Shown piece by piece: positions 8,900-19,526 of a stretch of 64,000 nucleotides of DNA (within the stretch, counting starts at the first letter, position 1; each line of letters begins with the position of its first letter). The notes below the pieces were generated by a model. The model saw nothing but the letters and a program-made list of their open reading frames with translations. It was not told where the DNA came from and searched no databases. A program made the translations under genes and the position numbers. The stretch is from Candidatus Nomurabacteria bacterium. GTDB taxonomy: Bacteria > Patescibacteriota > Minisyncoccia > Phycocordibacterales > UBA918. Location of the stretch: NCBI GenBank assembly GCA_020632095.1, contig JACKGF010000002.1, forward strand, positions 80,502-144,501, written 5' to 3'.

Positions 8900-9682
8900 A
8901 TGAAATCCTACTCTTTTTTTTCACCCACTTCGGCTGAGTTTATACATTCTTATGCTGACGAACATAATGTCAGTGATTTTTTTACCGACTTATACACCAA
9001 CCCTCAAGAAGATAACTTGTCACAATCAGCAACAAAACCAATCTATGTCGTGGCTGATGGAGTAACCTTAGACTTCAAAAAATTACTATTGACTGGCAGA
9101 CCTTATCCTGACCCGTCACCAGCTGGTAATGTATCTAAAATATTTTGTAACGAAGTAGTATCTAAGGCGGAGGAGCTATATCCAATTTTCGAGGAAGAAT
9201 TAATTACTGAAACCTTTATTTATGCCAACAGTAAAGTTGAAGAGTACAACAAACAGGAAGGAGAAGTGATTATTTCTGGCAATGTGACTGGTAAGTTTTC
9301 GGCTACCGGTAGCTTCATGATCTGTAAAGACAACAAGGTCTTTTGGATGAGTATCTGTGACTCCTACTTTGCTCATTTTGACAAAAACATGAATTTAAAA
9401 TTTATATCTTCTGGATTATGCAACCCATATGCTGTTATTAATGGTGAACCTAGAATGGTAGATCGTATTGAGTCTGGTTCTTTTAATATTGACCTTGATG
9501 ACAGACTGTTTGTTTTCACTGACGGATTCTATCACTATGTTAAAGATAAAGATTTTCTTAATCTATTTCTTAATTTTGAAGACTCTTTAATTGAGAGAGT
9601 CGTAGATTTTTCGAAAGTCAAAACCCCAATTGATCCAGACAAATTTGGACACGAACGCTCCTTGATTGCAGTAAAAATCTAG
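8900..9682 (+). CDS. Hypothetical protein (260 aa); weak PP2C-like motifs (VVADGV ... VFTDGF)
   Basis: ORF; motif resemblance only. Confidence 0.45.
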   Translation: MKSYSFFSPTSAEFIHSYADEHNVSDFFTDLYTNPQEDNLSQSATKPIYVVADGVTLDFKKLLLTGRPYPDPSPAGNVSKIFCNEVVSKAEELYPIFEEELITETFIYANSKVEEYNKQEGEVIISGNVTGKFSATGSFMICKDNKVFWMSICDSYFAHFDKNMNLKFISSGLCNPYAVINGEPRMVDRIESGSFNIDLDDRLFVFTDGFYHYVKDKDFLNLFLNFEDSLIERVVDFSKVKTPIDPDKFGHERSLIAVKI

Positions 9683-9864
9683 CAATTTTTGCCTCGACCG
9701 ATTACGACCTAGGTTAACAGTTCAAGAAATGAGGCACAATATTTACACACAACCATTCCATAATTCGACAATACAAAATGAAATATAAAAAACGATAAGA
9801 TCGGAATCTTCTCGTTTTAATGTTTTTGATCTAATACTCAGAACAAATCTGCGTTAATGTACAT

Positions 9865-10134
9865 GTGTACGGCAATACCAGCCTCACAACCCAGCACAAT
9901 GATTGGTATCCATCGCAAATGACTCATGAAAGTGTAGCAGCCCTTAGCTATCCTTATCAAAACAAACCAGCCGCAACCATCACTGGTTTTGACTTGCAAA
10001 ACCTAATATACCCCTCAACCATCACCAGAGCATACACAAACGCAACCAGCGACACAGTGCCTACTCAACCACTAATCAGACTATTTTCACTCAACACCTT
10101 TCTTCTTAATAATTTAAAGACCAAAATCAGCTAG
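9865..10134 (+). CDS. Hypothetical small protein (89 aa)
   Basis: ORF only. Confidence 0.2.
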   Translation: MYGNTSLTTQHNDWYPSQMTHESVAALSYPYQNKPAATITGFDLQNLIYPSTITRAYTNATSDTVPTQPLIRLFSLNTFLLNNLKTKIS

Positions 10135-10214
10135 CTAAGATTTTGTAAAGCTGTTGAATACTTTATAAATCTTTAACAAACACCCTGTCGCTATTCACTA
10201 CTATTTCTGCTAGG

Positions 10215-10799
10215 ATGAAAAACATGAAAATTACGTCGGCAAAATTTATAACCGGTTTGGTGGGTGATAATGAACTTCTGAGAAATGGAACTCCACAAAT
10301 CGCTTTTATTGGTCGTTCAAACGCTGGAAAGTCCAGCTTGTTGAATTCTCTGACTAATTCTAAGAAATTAGCGATCACTAGTAAAACTCCTGGGCGAACC
10401 AAAGAGATTAATGTTTTTTTGATAAACAATACCCACTACTTTATGGACCTACCAGGCTATGGGTTTGCCAAGGCAGGGGCACAGACCTTAGAAAAACTTA
10501 GTTCACTTATCTTTTGGTACCTGTTTGAATCTAAAAACAATCCAAAAGTTGTCATACTAATTGATGCCTTTGTGGGACCAACAATTGATGATTTGGCCGT
10601 ACTAAAAGAATTAGAAGAAACTGGCAAGGAAATTGTTGTGGTTGTAAATAAGGTAGATAAAATAAAAAGTTCACAGTACCAAAACCAACTTAAAAAACTC
10701 GATGAACAACTCCCCGGGCACAAACTCTTCCCCTACTCTTCCACTAAGAAGATTGGTATAGATGAATTACGCAACGAACTTTTATCAGAGTTACCCTAG
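10215..10799 (+). CDS. engB: Ribosome biogenesis GTP-binding protein EngB/YsxC
   Basis: P-loop GRSNAGKSSL, G-motifs, typical EngB length and N-terminal ITSAKFI. Confidence 0.85.
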   Translation: MKNMKITSAKFITGLVGDNELLRNGTPQIAFIGRSNAGKSSLLNSLTNSKKLAITSKTPGRTKEINVFLINNTHYFMDLPGYGFAKAGAQTLEKLSSLIFWYLFESKNNPKVVILIDAFVGPTIDDLAVLKELEETGKEIVVVVNKVDKIKSSQYQNQLKKLDEQLPGHKLFPYSSTKKIGIDELRNELLSELP

Positions 10800-11045
10800 A
10801 CCTAAAAAATGTTTGCTACATGTCAGACACCGACCTCAAATGAACTGAGCAAATTTTGCCAATAACCCAGTTTTACCAACTCCCTAAGCCCTAAGTCGGT
10901 CTTATCTTAGGAGGAATGAGACGACACCCTATCATAATTTCTTAGCACAAACAATTGATTATTGTCCAAAATATTAACCAAGATCTAAGATAGTTTAATG
11001 AGTAACATGCTATATTGATAGCCTATTAAATAAGACTTGTAGCCA

Positions 11046-11780
11046 ATGAAACTGATTTCACTTAATCTTGAAGGAAGACGGCACCTTGATACTGCCCTGC
11101 CTTTTCTTGAGAAAGAAAAGGCTGATTTATTGACCCTTCAAGAAGCTCCGGAAGAGATTGTACTCTGGCTTAAGGAACAGGGATATAAGACGACTTTCTT
11201 AGCACGATGTCTTAAAACTCAAGACGGTGTCCAGTATACTGACGGAGAAATTATTGCCAGCAAACAACCCCATCAGGCTGAAACCTTCTATTACTACAGA
11301 CCGAGTGATAGTATCTTGGAAGAAAACCTGAGTGACCGGCGGTTAACTAATGCACAAGGCTTGATTTTTGCGACCGTTGGAAACTACAAAATTGCTACCA
11401 CTCACTTCACTTGGCATCAACACGGCGAAATCGCCGGTGTTCACCAAACGACCGATATGAAAACTTTGTTGCAATATCTAGACACCAAACCCCCTCATGT
11501 TCTATGTGGTGATTTTAATATTCCACGATTATATAATTCACTCTACTCAGAATTAATTAGTCACTATAAAGACGAGATTCCTAAACACTACCTTTCAAGT
11601 CTTGATAGAAATTTACATAAACATGGCGCAAACGAAGAGATACAAAAATTATTCGACAGTTTTATGGTCGACTACGTGTTTACCCAGCCTCCCTACCACG
11701 CTACTAACACTAGATTAGAATTTGGAGTGAGTGACCACGCGGCAGTGATAACCACCTTGTCGGTGGATTCTGTGTCATAA
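11046..11780 (+). CDS. Endonuclease/exonuclease/phosphatase (EEP) family protein
   Basis: N-terminal LNLEG...LQEA and C-terminal GVSDHAAV motif. Confidence 0.6.
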   Translation: MKLISLNLEGRRHLDTALPFLEKEKADLLTLQEAPEEIVLWLKEQGYKTTFLARCLKTQDGVQYTDGEIIASKQPHQAETFYYYRPSDSILEENLSDRRLTNAQGLIFATVGNYKIATTHFTWHQHGEIAGVHQTTDMKTLLQYLDTKPPHVLCGDFNIPRLYNSLYSELISHYKDEIPKHYLSSLDRNLHKHGANEEIQKLFDSFMVDYVFTQPPYHATNTRLEFGVSDHAAVITTLSVDSVS

Positions 11781-11787
11781 TACTTCG

Positions 11788-12303
11788 ATGAGAAGGGTTG
11801 GTATTTTAAAGTTGTTAATAGGTGCAGGGTTGATCATTAATGCTTTGGGGCAGATTTTTGCTCACCAAACTTGGTGGTTTATTCAGAATGTAAACCTCAT
11901 TTTTCATGAAGCTGGACACGTGGTGTTTATGTTCTTTGGTAATTTTATGCACACTTTTGGCGGGTCATTGCTAGAAATGCTGATTCCCTCCTTAGTGACT
12001 CTACACTTCTACCGATCCAAGCAATTATTCTCGGCCGCTTGTACCAGCTGGTGGATGGCCACGGCGTTTTTAAGTGTCAGTATCTACGCTGGTGATGCTC
12101 GTGAAAGGCTGTTACCTCTAATTACCAGAGATATTTCAACCCACGATTGGTTTAATATTTTAGTCTCTTTCAACCTCCTTGAATACGACGATTTAATTGG
12201 TTACATTTTTTGGTGCCTAAGCTTGCTGTCTGTTGGTTTGATTGTTTACTTTTTATATCGAGATGAGCAAGTGACAGCCTGTATACAAAAACTCAATATA
12301 TAG
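11788..12303 (+). CDS. Small polytopic membrane protein with HExxH (HEAGH) motif, M50B-like/DUF3267-type putative zinc peptidase
   Basis: HEAGH within a hydrophobic helix; multiple TM segments. Confidence 0.45.
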   Translation: MRRVGILKLLIGAGLIINALGQIFAHQTWWFIQNVNLIFHEAGHVVFMFFGNFMHTFGGSLLEMLIPSLVTLHFYRSKQLFSAACTSWWMATAFLSVSIYAGDARERLLPLITRDISTHDWFNILVSFNLLEYDDLIGYIFWCLSLLSVGLIVYFLYRDEQVTACIQKLNI

Positions 12304-12393
12304 ACAGTCTTGACGATGACAGAATCCTTATATTATACTACTATTTAACACGGAGTTGTTTCCTTTTTATTACACATATACAGGAGGTTTGCC

Positions 12394-12750
12394 TTGAAAA
12401 AGCAATTTGAACTAGATGTCAATCTGTGGTTTGTGAAGCTATACTTCTGGTGTCTCGACATCTGCGACGAATTCATGTGTCGACACACACCACGTGATGG
12501 TGGTGGTCGGTGCCTAGCAATTCGCACTTGTTGTATCTGGACTCCGGTTGCTTTTCTCTGTAATCTGGCAATTATCTGCGGAGCTCCGTACGTACTTCTC
12601 TATTATACAATCGACCGATTTGGTCTAGAAGGATACGGAACTGGTCTTTTCTTCACAGCTGGATTAATCGGAGCAGTCTCACTAGTGTCCCGTTTAACTT
12701 CCCAAAATCTCAAACAACCCTTAATTTATAAGTATCATTTGTATAATTAG
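12394..12750 (+). CDS. Cys-rich hypothetical membrane protein (TTG start after aggagg)
   Basis: ORF with SD; hydrophobic C-terminus. Confidence 0.4.
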   Translation: MKKQFELDVNLWFVKLYFWCLDICDEFMCRHTPRDGGGRCLAIRTCCIWTPVAFLCNLAIICGAPYVLLYYTIDRFGLEGYGTGLFFTAGLIGAVSLVSRLTSQNLKQPLIYKYHLYN

Positions 12751-12779
12751 GTTTTTTCGATTTCAATCTAAAACCAGTT

Positions 12780-14040
12780 TTTTCAGTAATAATAGATTGA
12801 GTTTATCAGACTTAATCTATCATTATGAATCGAGGTGTCTACGTGTTTTCTCAAATTATGGAGTTTGTCGATGATTATGAGTTTAGAAAATGTGTGGAGA
12901 GATATAATGGTGAGTACCGCATTCGAAAATTATCTTGCCGACAACAATTCACAGCCATGATCTTCGGTCAGCTGGCATACCGGGAAAGTCTTCGCGATAT
13001 TATCACCTGTCTGGGTGCTCACGAAGAAAAGTTGTATCACCTTGGCTTTAGACAAAAAATCGCCCGCAACACCTTGGCCTCAGCCAACCAGAAAAGAGAC
13101 TGGAGAATCTACCGAGACCTAGCGATGGTGCTCATTGCCAGAGCCAGACCAATGGATCCAAAGTCAAAAGAAATCATTGAGCTTGATTTAGATGCGACAG
13201 TCTATCTGCTAGACTCAACGGTGATAGATTTGTGTTTAAGTCTGTTCGGCTGGGCCCGGTTCGATGCTCAACATTCTTCGATTAAGCTGAACATGCAACT
13301 TGATTTAAATGGCTCTATTCCTGCGTTTTTCACTATCACTGAAGGCAGAGTGAACGACGTGAATTTCCTAGATGAGATTACGTTCGAGCGTGGTGCGTAC
13401 TACGTCATGGACAAAGGGTATCTTGATTACGAACGTTGGCACAAGATACATCAAGCTGGAACATTCTTTGTTACGCGAGCTAGGCATAACATGTCGGTAC
13501 GGCGTTTGTATTCTAATGTGGTACGTAAAGAAACTGGTATTCTTTGTGATCAGATTGTTGTTCTGTCAGGGAAGAAAACCATGTGGCGTTATCCTGATAA
13601 GATGCGGAGGATAAAGTACCGCGATGCTGAAACCAATATTGCGTATGTCTTCGTTACTAATGATTTTAACAGTGATGCTTTGGTGATAGCGGTATTGTAT
13701 AAATACCGCTGGCAAGTCGAACTGTTTTTTAAATGGATTAAACAACATTTGAAGATTAAGTCTTTCTGGGGCACCAGTGCCAATGCTGTGAAGACGCAGA
13801 TTTGTCTGGCACTATGTGCTTATCTACTGATGGCTATCATTAAAAAACGGCTCCGGATTGAGCTTGATTTATACAAAATGTTACAGATTACGTCAGTGTC
13901 TCTATTAGACAAAAAGCCTTTAAAAACACTGTTTTCTAGGACTTTGGTACAATCTGATGTCAAGGGTGGGCAAGACAGCCTTGGTTTGCAATGGTTTTAA
14001 ACGGGACACTAGTGGGAGCAGTCTACATTTTCTTTATAAC
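12780..14040 (+). mobile_element. IS4-family insertion sequence (approximate ends)
   Basis: Contains transposase 12825-14000; ends not resolved. Confidence 0.5.
12825..14000 (+). CDS. IS4-family DDE transposase (DUF4372 N-terminal + DDE_Tnp_1)
   Basis: N-terminal MEFVDDYEFRK...QQFTAMIFGQL (DUF4372-like), DDE region with DKGYLDYERW and C-terminal YRWQVELFFKWIKQHL. Confidence 0.8.
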   Translation: MNRGVYVFSQIMEFVDDYEFRKCVERYNGEYRIRKLSCRQQFTAMIFGQLAYRESLRDIITCLGAHEEKLYHLGFRQKIARNTLASANQKRDWRIYRDLAMVLIARARPMDPKSKEIIELDLDATVYLLDSTVIDLCLSLFGWARFDAQHSSIKLNMQLDLNGSIPAFFTITEGRVNDVNFLDEITFERGAYYVMDKGYLDYERWHKIHQAGTFFVTRARHNMSVRRLYSNVVRKETGILCDQIVVLSGKKTMWRYPDKMRRIKYRDAETNIAYVFVTNDFNSDALVIAVLYKYRWQVELFFKWIKQHLKIKSFWGTSANAVKTQICLALCAYLLMAIIKKRLRIELDLYKMLQITSVSLLDKKPLKTLFSRTLVQSDVKGGQDSLGLQWF

Positions 14041-14619
14041 AAAAGAGGAAATCGAAGAGTGGTTTGAAAAACGCCGGGAGGAAAAGTGGGAGCGTAAGTT
14101 CCTGAGAACAGAAACAGAAGACGACGTTCTGCCCGAAGCACAAATAGAGCCTGAGGTTGGCTTTCTAGGAACAGTATTCGTCTTCCTGTTCGCACTGTAT
14201 GAAGGCACTTGTCCCGACTATGTATTTGTCGACAAAAACAAAAAAACCGAGGAGAAAGAATAATGGAAAAGGTTGCCAGCTTGATTCCAAAGTATCTCAT
14301 GACGCGCAAAACTGTTGTCGCACTTTGAGCCATACTGCTTGGTATCTGGTGTGTATTTTGGGCAGCAGGTTATATAGTCGACTCATCAGTCACGACCTGG
14401 AAGGGCGCTTGTACTTTCCAGAGTTGGGACGTTGAAAACAAACGGTTTCTCAGAATGGTTGTTGACTGCGGCGAAAAAGGCACCCGATCAATTTCCGACG
14501 ATAAAGTTTTTTTTGAATACCTAACAAGCCCAGGACCGCTGAGCTGTGAAGTTGACAGACACGACGATATCAGTTGCTATGAGGTCATACGCGCAAAAGA
14601 GTAGAAGTTCGCGAGAGAA

Positions 14620-14698
14620 GTCCCTGCCCACTCCCTATAAAGGAGTCGGGCAGTTTTTTTGTAAAAGGGTCGGAAGCGAAGCTTCCGACCCTTAACCC
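14620..14698. terminator. Two adjacent bidirectional terminator hairpins between convergent genes
   Basis: ctgcccactcc..ggagtcgggcag + T7, and gggtcggaagc-gaa-gcttccgaccc. Confidence 0.6.
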
Positions 14699-14701
14699 TT
14701 C

Positions 14702-16516
14702 CTACTCCACTGTCACTGACTTAGCCAAGTTCCGCGGTCGGTCGACATTGAGTCCTTTCTCTACTCCGACATAATAGGCCAATAACTGCAGCGGAACAGT
14801 AGTTATAATTGGTTGCAGAATTGGATGAACTTTGGGTATATACAGTACATCATCAGCCAAATCAGCTATAGTCATGTCTCCTTCAGTCGAAATCGCCAGT
14901 ACTGGCGCCTTTCTGGCTTTTACTTCCTCAATATTAGAAATAATTTTTTTATAAACATCGTCTTGTGGGGCCAAGGCAATGACCGGGAAATCTTTATCGA
15001 GAAGAGCAATCGAACCATGCTTCAATTCTCCACCCGCGAAGGCCTCGGAATGGATATAGGTAACCTCCTTTAATTTCAAAGCTCCCTCGCTCGCTATTGG
15101 TGAATGAAACTTGCGACCAATAAACATAGCGTCTGTGTATTTGGCGTACTTTTTTGCCACTGCTTTGATTTTGTCAGTTTGCTTTAAGTATTCTTCTAAA
15201 ACTTTTGGCAGTTCATCTAATTCTTTTAGAATTTGTTTACCTTCAGCTTCAGTCATTCCTCTTTCGCGACCAAGAAAAACTGTTAGTAAAACAAACACTG
15301 TCAGCTGTGAAATAAAAGCTTTGGTGGAAGCAACTGCTACTTCTGGGCCAGCGTGGTTATAAACTCCGGCGTCGGTTTCGCGCGCAATAGTAGAGCCAAC
15401 TACATTAACAATACCTAGAGTCAACAGATTCTGTTCTTTGGCCGACCGTAGTGAAGCAATTGTATCAGCCGTCTCGCCCGACTGGGTGACCACCAAGACA
15501 GCGCTGTTTTTGTCAGGTAGGTTTTTCTTGTACCGATATTCGCTTCCCAGCTCCACTTCCACCGGTAGTCCAGCGTATTCTTCAATCATATAGCGACCGA
15601 CTTGCCCAGCGTAATATGCCGAACCGCACCCAACTATCATGAGGCGTTTCAGATTGGATAAAGCTTTTAACTTCGATTCTAGACCACCCAGCTTTACCCT
15701 CCCTTTACCAACCAACAAACGCCCTCGGGTAGAATTTACAATCACCTCTGGCGCTTCAAAAATCTCTTTTAACATGAAGTGTTCGTAACCTTGTTTTTGG
15801 ACCGCCTCCACATTCCACTGTACCTTTTCTGGGGTTTTATCTAATTTCTTTCCTCTTAGAGTAAAAACTTGATATTTGTTTTTTGATATCAAAGCACACT
15901 CACCATCATTTAGATAGACAACGTCCTTGGTATGAACTAACAGTGCGGACGGATCTGAAGCGACGAAATTTCCATCTGCAGCAATTCCTAACACAATCGG
16001 ACTACCCATGCGAGCCGCCACTATTTCATCCGGTTTGTATTTGGAAATGACCGCAATACCATAGGTACCTCGAACATTTATCAGAGCGTGTTTAACAGCT
16101 TCTAATAAATTACCAGAGTAAAAAGTACCGATTAATTTCGCCAAAACTTCAGTGTCAGTCTCAGACTCAAACTTAATACCCTGCACTACTAGACCTTCGC
16201 GTAACTCACGGAAATTTTCGATGATTCCATTGTGAGCTATACCAATAGCGCCAGACATATCAGTGTGTGGATGTGCGTTAGCTTCGGTCGGAGCACCGTG
16301 AGTAGCCCATCTGGTGTGAGCTATACCACTAGTCCCTGGTATCGCAGTGGTGATTTTGGCAGCCAGGTTGTCAATCGGACCCACTGCTTTGATTAGAGCG
16401 TGACCAGGGATATAAATACCTGCCGAATCATAGCCTCGATACTCCAGAGTACGTAACCCATCCAACAAAATTGGGGTGGCTGTCCTGCTTCCGACGTAAC
16501 CAAAAATTCCACACAT
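14702..16516 (-). CDS. glmS: Glutamine--fructose-6-phosphate aminotransferase (isomerising)
   Basis: N-terminal MCGIFGY (Ntn amidotransferase), two SIS domains, C-terminal ..VTVE; 604 aa. Confidence 0.92.
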   Translation of the reverse strand: MCGIFGYVGSRTATPILLDGLRTLEYRGYDSAGIYIPGHALIKAVGPIDNLAAKITTAIPGTSGIAHTRWATHGAPTEANAHPHTDMSGAIGIAHNGIIENFRELREGLVVQGIKFESETDTEVLAKLIGTFYSGNLLEAVKHALINVRGTYGIAVISKYKPDEIVAARMGSPIVLGIAADGNFVASDPSALLVHTKDVVYLNDGECALISKNKYQVFTLRGKKLDKTPEKVQWNVEAVQKQGYEHFMLKEIFEAPEVIVNSTRGRLLVGKGRVKLGGLESKLKALSNLKRLMIVGCGSAYYAGQVGRYMIEEYAGLPVEVELGSEYRYKKNLPDKNSAVLVVTQSGETADTIASLRSAKEQNLLTLGIVNVVGSTIARETDAGVYNHAGPEVAVASTKAFISQLTVFVLLTVFLGRERGMTEAEGKQILKELDELPKVLEEYLKQTDKIKAVAKKYAKYTDAMFIGRKFHSPIASEGALKLKEVTYIHSEAFAGGELKHGSIALLDKDFPVIALAPQDDVYKKIISNIEEVKARKAPVLAISTEGDMTIADLADDVLYIPKVHPILQPIITTVPLQLLAYYVGVEKGLNVDRPRNLAKSVTVE

Positions 16517-16631
16517 AGTAAATTCTTATAGCGTATATGCTATATATTACCACTTATTTTACGAAAAAGTTTCAAGGCGTAATTAGGAAAAAGACGGGTC
16601 GGAACGGCCCGTCTTTTTACGATCTACACCT

Positions 16632-18380
16632 CTAATCCTCCAACATAAAACCACCTGCTTGATGGTTCCATAATTTTTCATAAATACCACCAGCGGTACT
16701 TAATGAATTATGACTACCATCTTCAACAATTTCTCCTTGTTCAAGCACGATAATTCTGTCCATCTTACGTAAAGTCGACAACCGGTGAGCAATCGCAATC
16801 ACTGTTCTACCCTCCATCAAACATTCTAGCGCTTTTTGAATTGCTACCTCACTTTCACTATCAAGAGCAGAAGTCGCCTCATCAAGAATCAGTATCGGCG
16901 CATCTTTCAACATAGCGCGTGCAATCGCTACTCGTTGTTTTTGACCACCAGACAACTTAATTCCCCGTTCACCTACTAGGGTGTCATACCCCTTTTCTAG
17001 CTCCATAATAAAATCATGAGCCTGAGCTTGCTTAGCTACCTTAATCATTTCTTCTTCGGTAGCGTTGGGATTACCGTACAAGATATTTTCCTTAATTGTG
17101 CGATGGAACAAAGCCGGCTCTTGTGGCACTACTGCAATCGCTCGTCGCAGTGAATCCTGAGTCACTTTTGAAATATTCTGTCCATCAATCAAAATCTCAC
17201 CACTAGGTATTTCATGTTGACGCAACAAGAGTGAAACGAAAGTGGTTTTCCCCGCCCCTGACTGCCCCACCAAACCAAGCCTTTGCCCCGGTTCGATTCT
17301 TAGATTGAAGTCAGTAAAAACAGGTTTATTCTCAAACAGAAATGAAACGTTATTCCAATCAATAACAGCATTTTGCACTTGAAGCGGTTTAGCATCTGTC
17401 ACATCAACAATCTCATTTGGCTTAAGCAAATCCTCCAGACCTTCCTGCATTTCTCCTGTCGCTTGAGCAACACTATTAAAAGCTCTTCCGATATTTAGTA
17501 ACGGTGAGGTAATACTTGCCAGCAAAGATATCACAAAAATAAAATCTCCGGTTCCAATCTCACCACTCTGCCAATTTAATACCAAAAACCAAATCATTAA
17601 CAGACTAAAAATAAAGAGTACGATGCAATTGTAAAAGAGCATCCACTCTGAGTAGCCCCAAGTCCTACTGTGGTCAGATAGATGTTTTGATGTAGCATCT
17701 TCAACCCTAATCTGCTCTTCACTGCGCCTAGAATACTGTCGCACCGCCTGCACATTACTAAAAATATCTATAATATTACCCACTAGCTCTGTTTTACTTT
17801 GCGCGACCGCTCTAGAATACACTCTTTTCTTAATAGACATTTTTTTGTTAATCAGCAACAAAAACGCAATCAAAAGCAAAAAGGCAACCCCCGCTGGAAC
17901 ACTAGTCTGCAAAATAAATACAAAAGACACCAAGAAACCAACCGTTGACGGTATGAGTGACCACATATTATCTAGAATTAAGGTTTCAGCGGCCATTACA
18001 ACATTGGAAACCTTATTCATTACCGAACCAGCAAAACGATCCGAAAAGTAAGCGTGGCTATGATTTAAAGCATAATTAGTCAAAATATCATATGATATTT
18101 TCCTATTCTTTGTTACCCACCTGCGGATAAAGAAGGTACTTAAGCGATACAATAACTGAACACCAAAAATTACAATTGGAAACAAGAAAGCATACAAAAA
18201 AACAGCGTCAAAATCATTGGCTTCAGCTGAATCAATTATTAGTTTAAAAAAATAGTTTGTACTTTGATCAATAGCAGCCGCCAAAACAATCATCGAAACA
18301 GCAATAACAGCAGACCATTTATTTGCTCTGGAAATGTACCAAATGTATGCAAAGGGTGTATTCGGGATTTTATCTTTCAT
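16632..18380 (-). CDS. ABC transporter permease/ATP-binding protein (MsbA-like exporter)
   Basis: 6-TM N-terminal domain, Walker A GQSGAGKTT, signature LSGGQKQRVAIARA, Walker B ILILDEATSALD. Confidence 0.88.
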   Translation of the reverse strand: MKDKIPNTPFAYIWYISRANKWSAVIAVSMIVLAAAIDQSTNYFFKLIIDSAEANDFDAVFLYAFLFPIVIFGVQLLYRLSTFFIRRWVTKNRKISYDILTNYALNHSHAYFSDRFAGSVMNKVSNVVMAAETLILDNMWSLIPSTVGFLVSFVFILQTSVPAGVAFLLLIAFLLLINKKMSIKKRVYSRAVAQSKTELVGNIIDIFSNVQAVRQYSRRSEEQIRVEDATSKHLSDHSRTWGYSEWMLFYNCIVLFIFSLLMIWFLVLNWQSGEIGTGDFIFVISLLASITSPLLNIGRAFNSVAQATGEMQEGLEDLLKPNEIVDVTDAKPLQVQNAVIDWNNVSFLFENKPVFTDFNLRIEPGQRLGLVGQSGAGKTTFVSLLLRQHEIPSGEILIDGQNISKVTQDSLRRAIAVVPQEPALFHRTIKENILYGNPNATEEEMIKVAKQAQAHDFIMELEKGYDTLVGERGIKLSGGQKQRVAIARAMLKDAPILILDEATSALDSESEVAIQKALECLMEGRTVIAIAHRLSTLRKMDRIIVLEQGEIVEDGSHNSLSTAGGIYEKLWNHQAGGFMLED

Positions 18381-18474
18381 AGTAATTAATATATTTTAGG
18401 CAATTTCATTCATAAAAAACAAAATCACCCCATTAGGGCCAATAAATATATGACGTTTCAGATTAAGGTTTCTT

Positions 18475-19032
18475 TCAGCAGTTAAGTAACTGTATCGGGT
18501 CAATCGGACCAGGGCGGATTATTGTGACCTCTTCACCCATAACTCGCACAATTGTAGAAGTCTCACCTTCCCTTACCCCATCATCAATTACTCTACCGAT
18601 CTCTTTTGCAGAATCTCCAAACTGTAACAAAATCTCTGTTGAAGTAGGCAAAGTTGGTAGATTGCCAATATTAGCACTGGTGCAGGTAAGTGGCGAATTA
18701 TATTCAGCCATGTATTCCATAATTAATTTTTGAGCAACTAAATCGGAAGAAATACGAAAAGATAATGTTCCATCAAGAGCAGTGAGCCGGCGCGAGACTT
18801 CGTCTCGCGCCGGTAACACCAATGTTAGTGGCCCCGGCAACCATCTTTCTGCTATTATCATCGCTTTCTTCCCAACCACAGCGTATCGCTCAATATCTGC
18901 AATATCCCGCACCAACCAACTCACCTTCTTCTCCTCGGGTCGCTGTTTAGTACGAAATAACCGGCGAAGCTCCGCCTCATCAAGTGCCCTCACCCCTAGG
19001 GCATAAACAGTTTCAGTTGGATAAAGAATCAT
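18475..19032 (-). CDS. tsaC: L-threonylcarbamoyladenylate synthase TsaC/YrdC
   Basis: ILYPTETVYALG N-terminal signature, 185 aa YrdC fold. Confidence 0.8.
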   Translation of the reverse strand: MILYPTETVYALGVRALDEAELRRLFRTKQRPEEKKVSWLVRDIADIERYAVVGKKAMIIAERWLPGPLTLVLPARDEVSRRLTALDGTLSFRISSDLVAQKLIMEYMAEYNSPLTCTSANIGNLPTLPTSTEILLQFGDSAKEIGRVIDDGVREGETSTIVRVMGEEVTIIRPGPIDPIQLLNC

Positions 19033-19188
19033 AAACTAGAATATAATCCCCCACGATGATATTATCAAGTGATAATAAATTGATAGTTGAGATTGCGAAT
19101 AAGCTCATATCGGATATACTATCAACTGTTAAATCAATACAATTATGATTTTTAGGTCTAATTGTAGAGACGTAAAAATAAAAACTTT

Positions 19189-19265
19189 GTGAGCGATTAG
19201 CTCAGCTGGTAGAGCGCTACATTGACATTGTAGAGGTCACAGGTTCAAGTCCTGTATCGCTCACA
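19189..19265 (+). tRNA. tRNA-Val (anticodon GAC)
   Basis: Acceptor gtgagcg/cgctcac, D-arm agctcagctggtagagc, anticodon arm ctaca-ttgacat-tgtag, T-arm cacagg-ttcaagt-cctgt. Confidence 0.85.
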
Positions 19266-19289
19266 AAGTTTTTATCTTGAACAAGTAAG

Positions 19290-19450
19290 AAACGCTTTTT
19301 AGTAAGGTGCTACATTGACATTGTAGAGGTCACAGGCTAAATCAGTTTGGGAAACTGATTTAGGAGGTTGCCTAGTATTTTGCAAAAATACTGACAACCT
19401 GTACTGAACTCGTAGAGTTCAAGTCCTGTATCGCTCACAAAGTTTTTATT
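19290..19450 (+). repeat. Truncated tRNA-Val duplicate (anticodon arm to 3' end, no 5' half) carrying an ~80-nt structured insertion in the T-arm; 33-bp direct repeat with the intact tRNA 3' end
   Basis: gctacattgacattgtagaggtcacagg + [insert with hairpins aaatcagttt/aaactgattt and gtatttt/aaaatac] + gttcaagtcctgtatcgctcacaaagttttta. Confidence 0.7.
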
Positions 19451-19526
19451 TGGGAGATTGGGTAATTGAAAAGGGTCGTTAATCCGTAGGATTAACGACC
19501 CTTTTCGCTTACTGCCATACAACCAC

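Noticed and set aside
10163-10723. Minus-strand ORFs 10163-10429 and 10457-10723
   Set aside because: Fully overlap engB, which has clear GTPase motifs; spurious.
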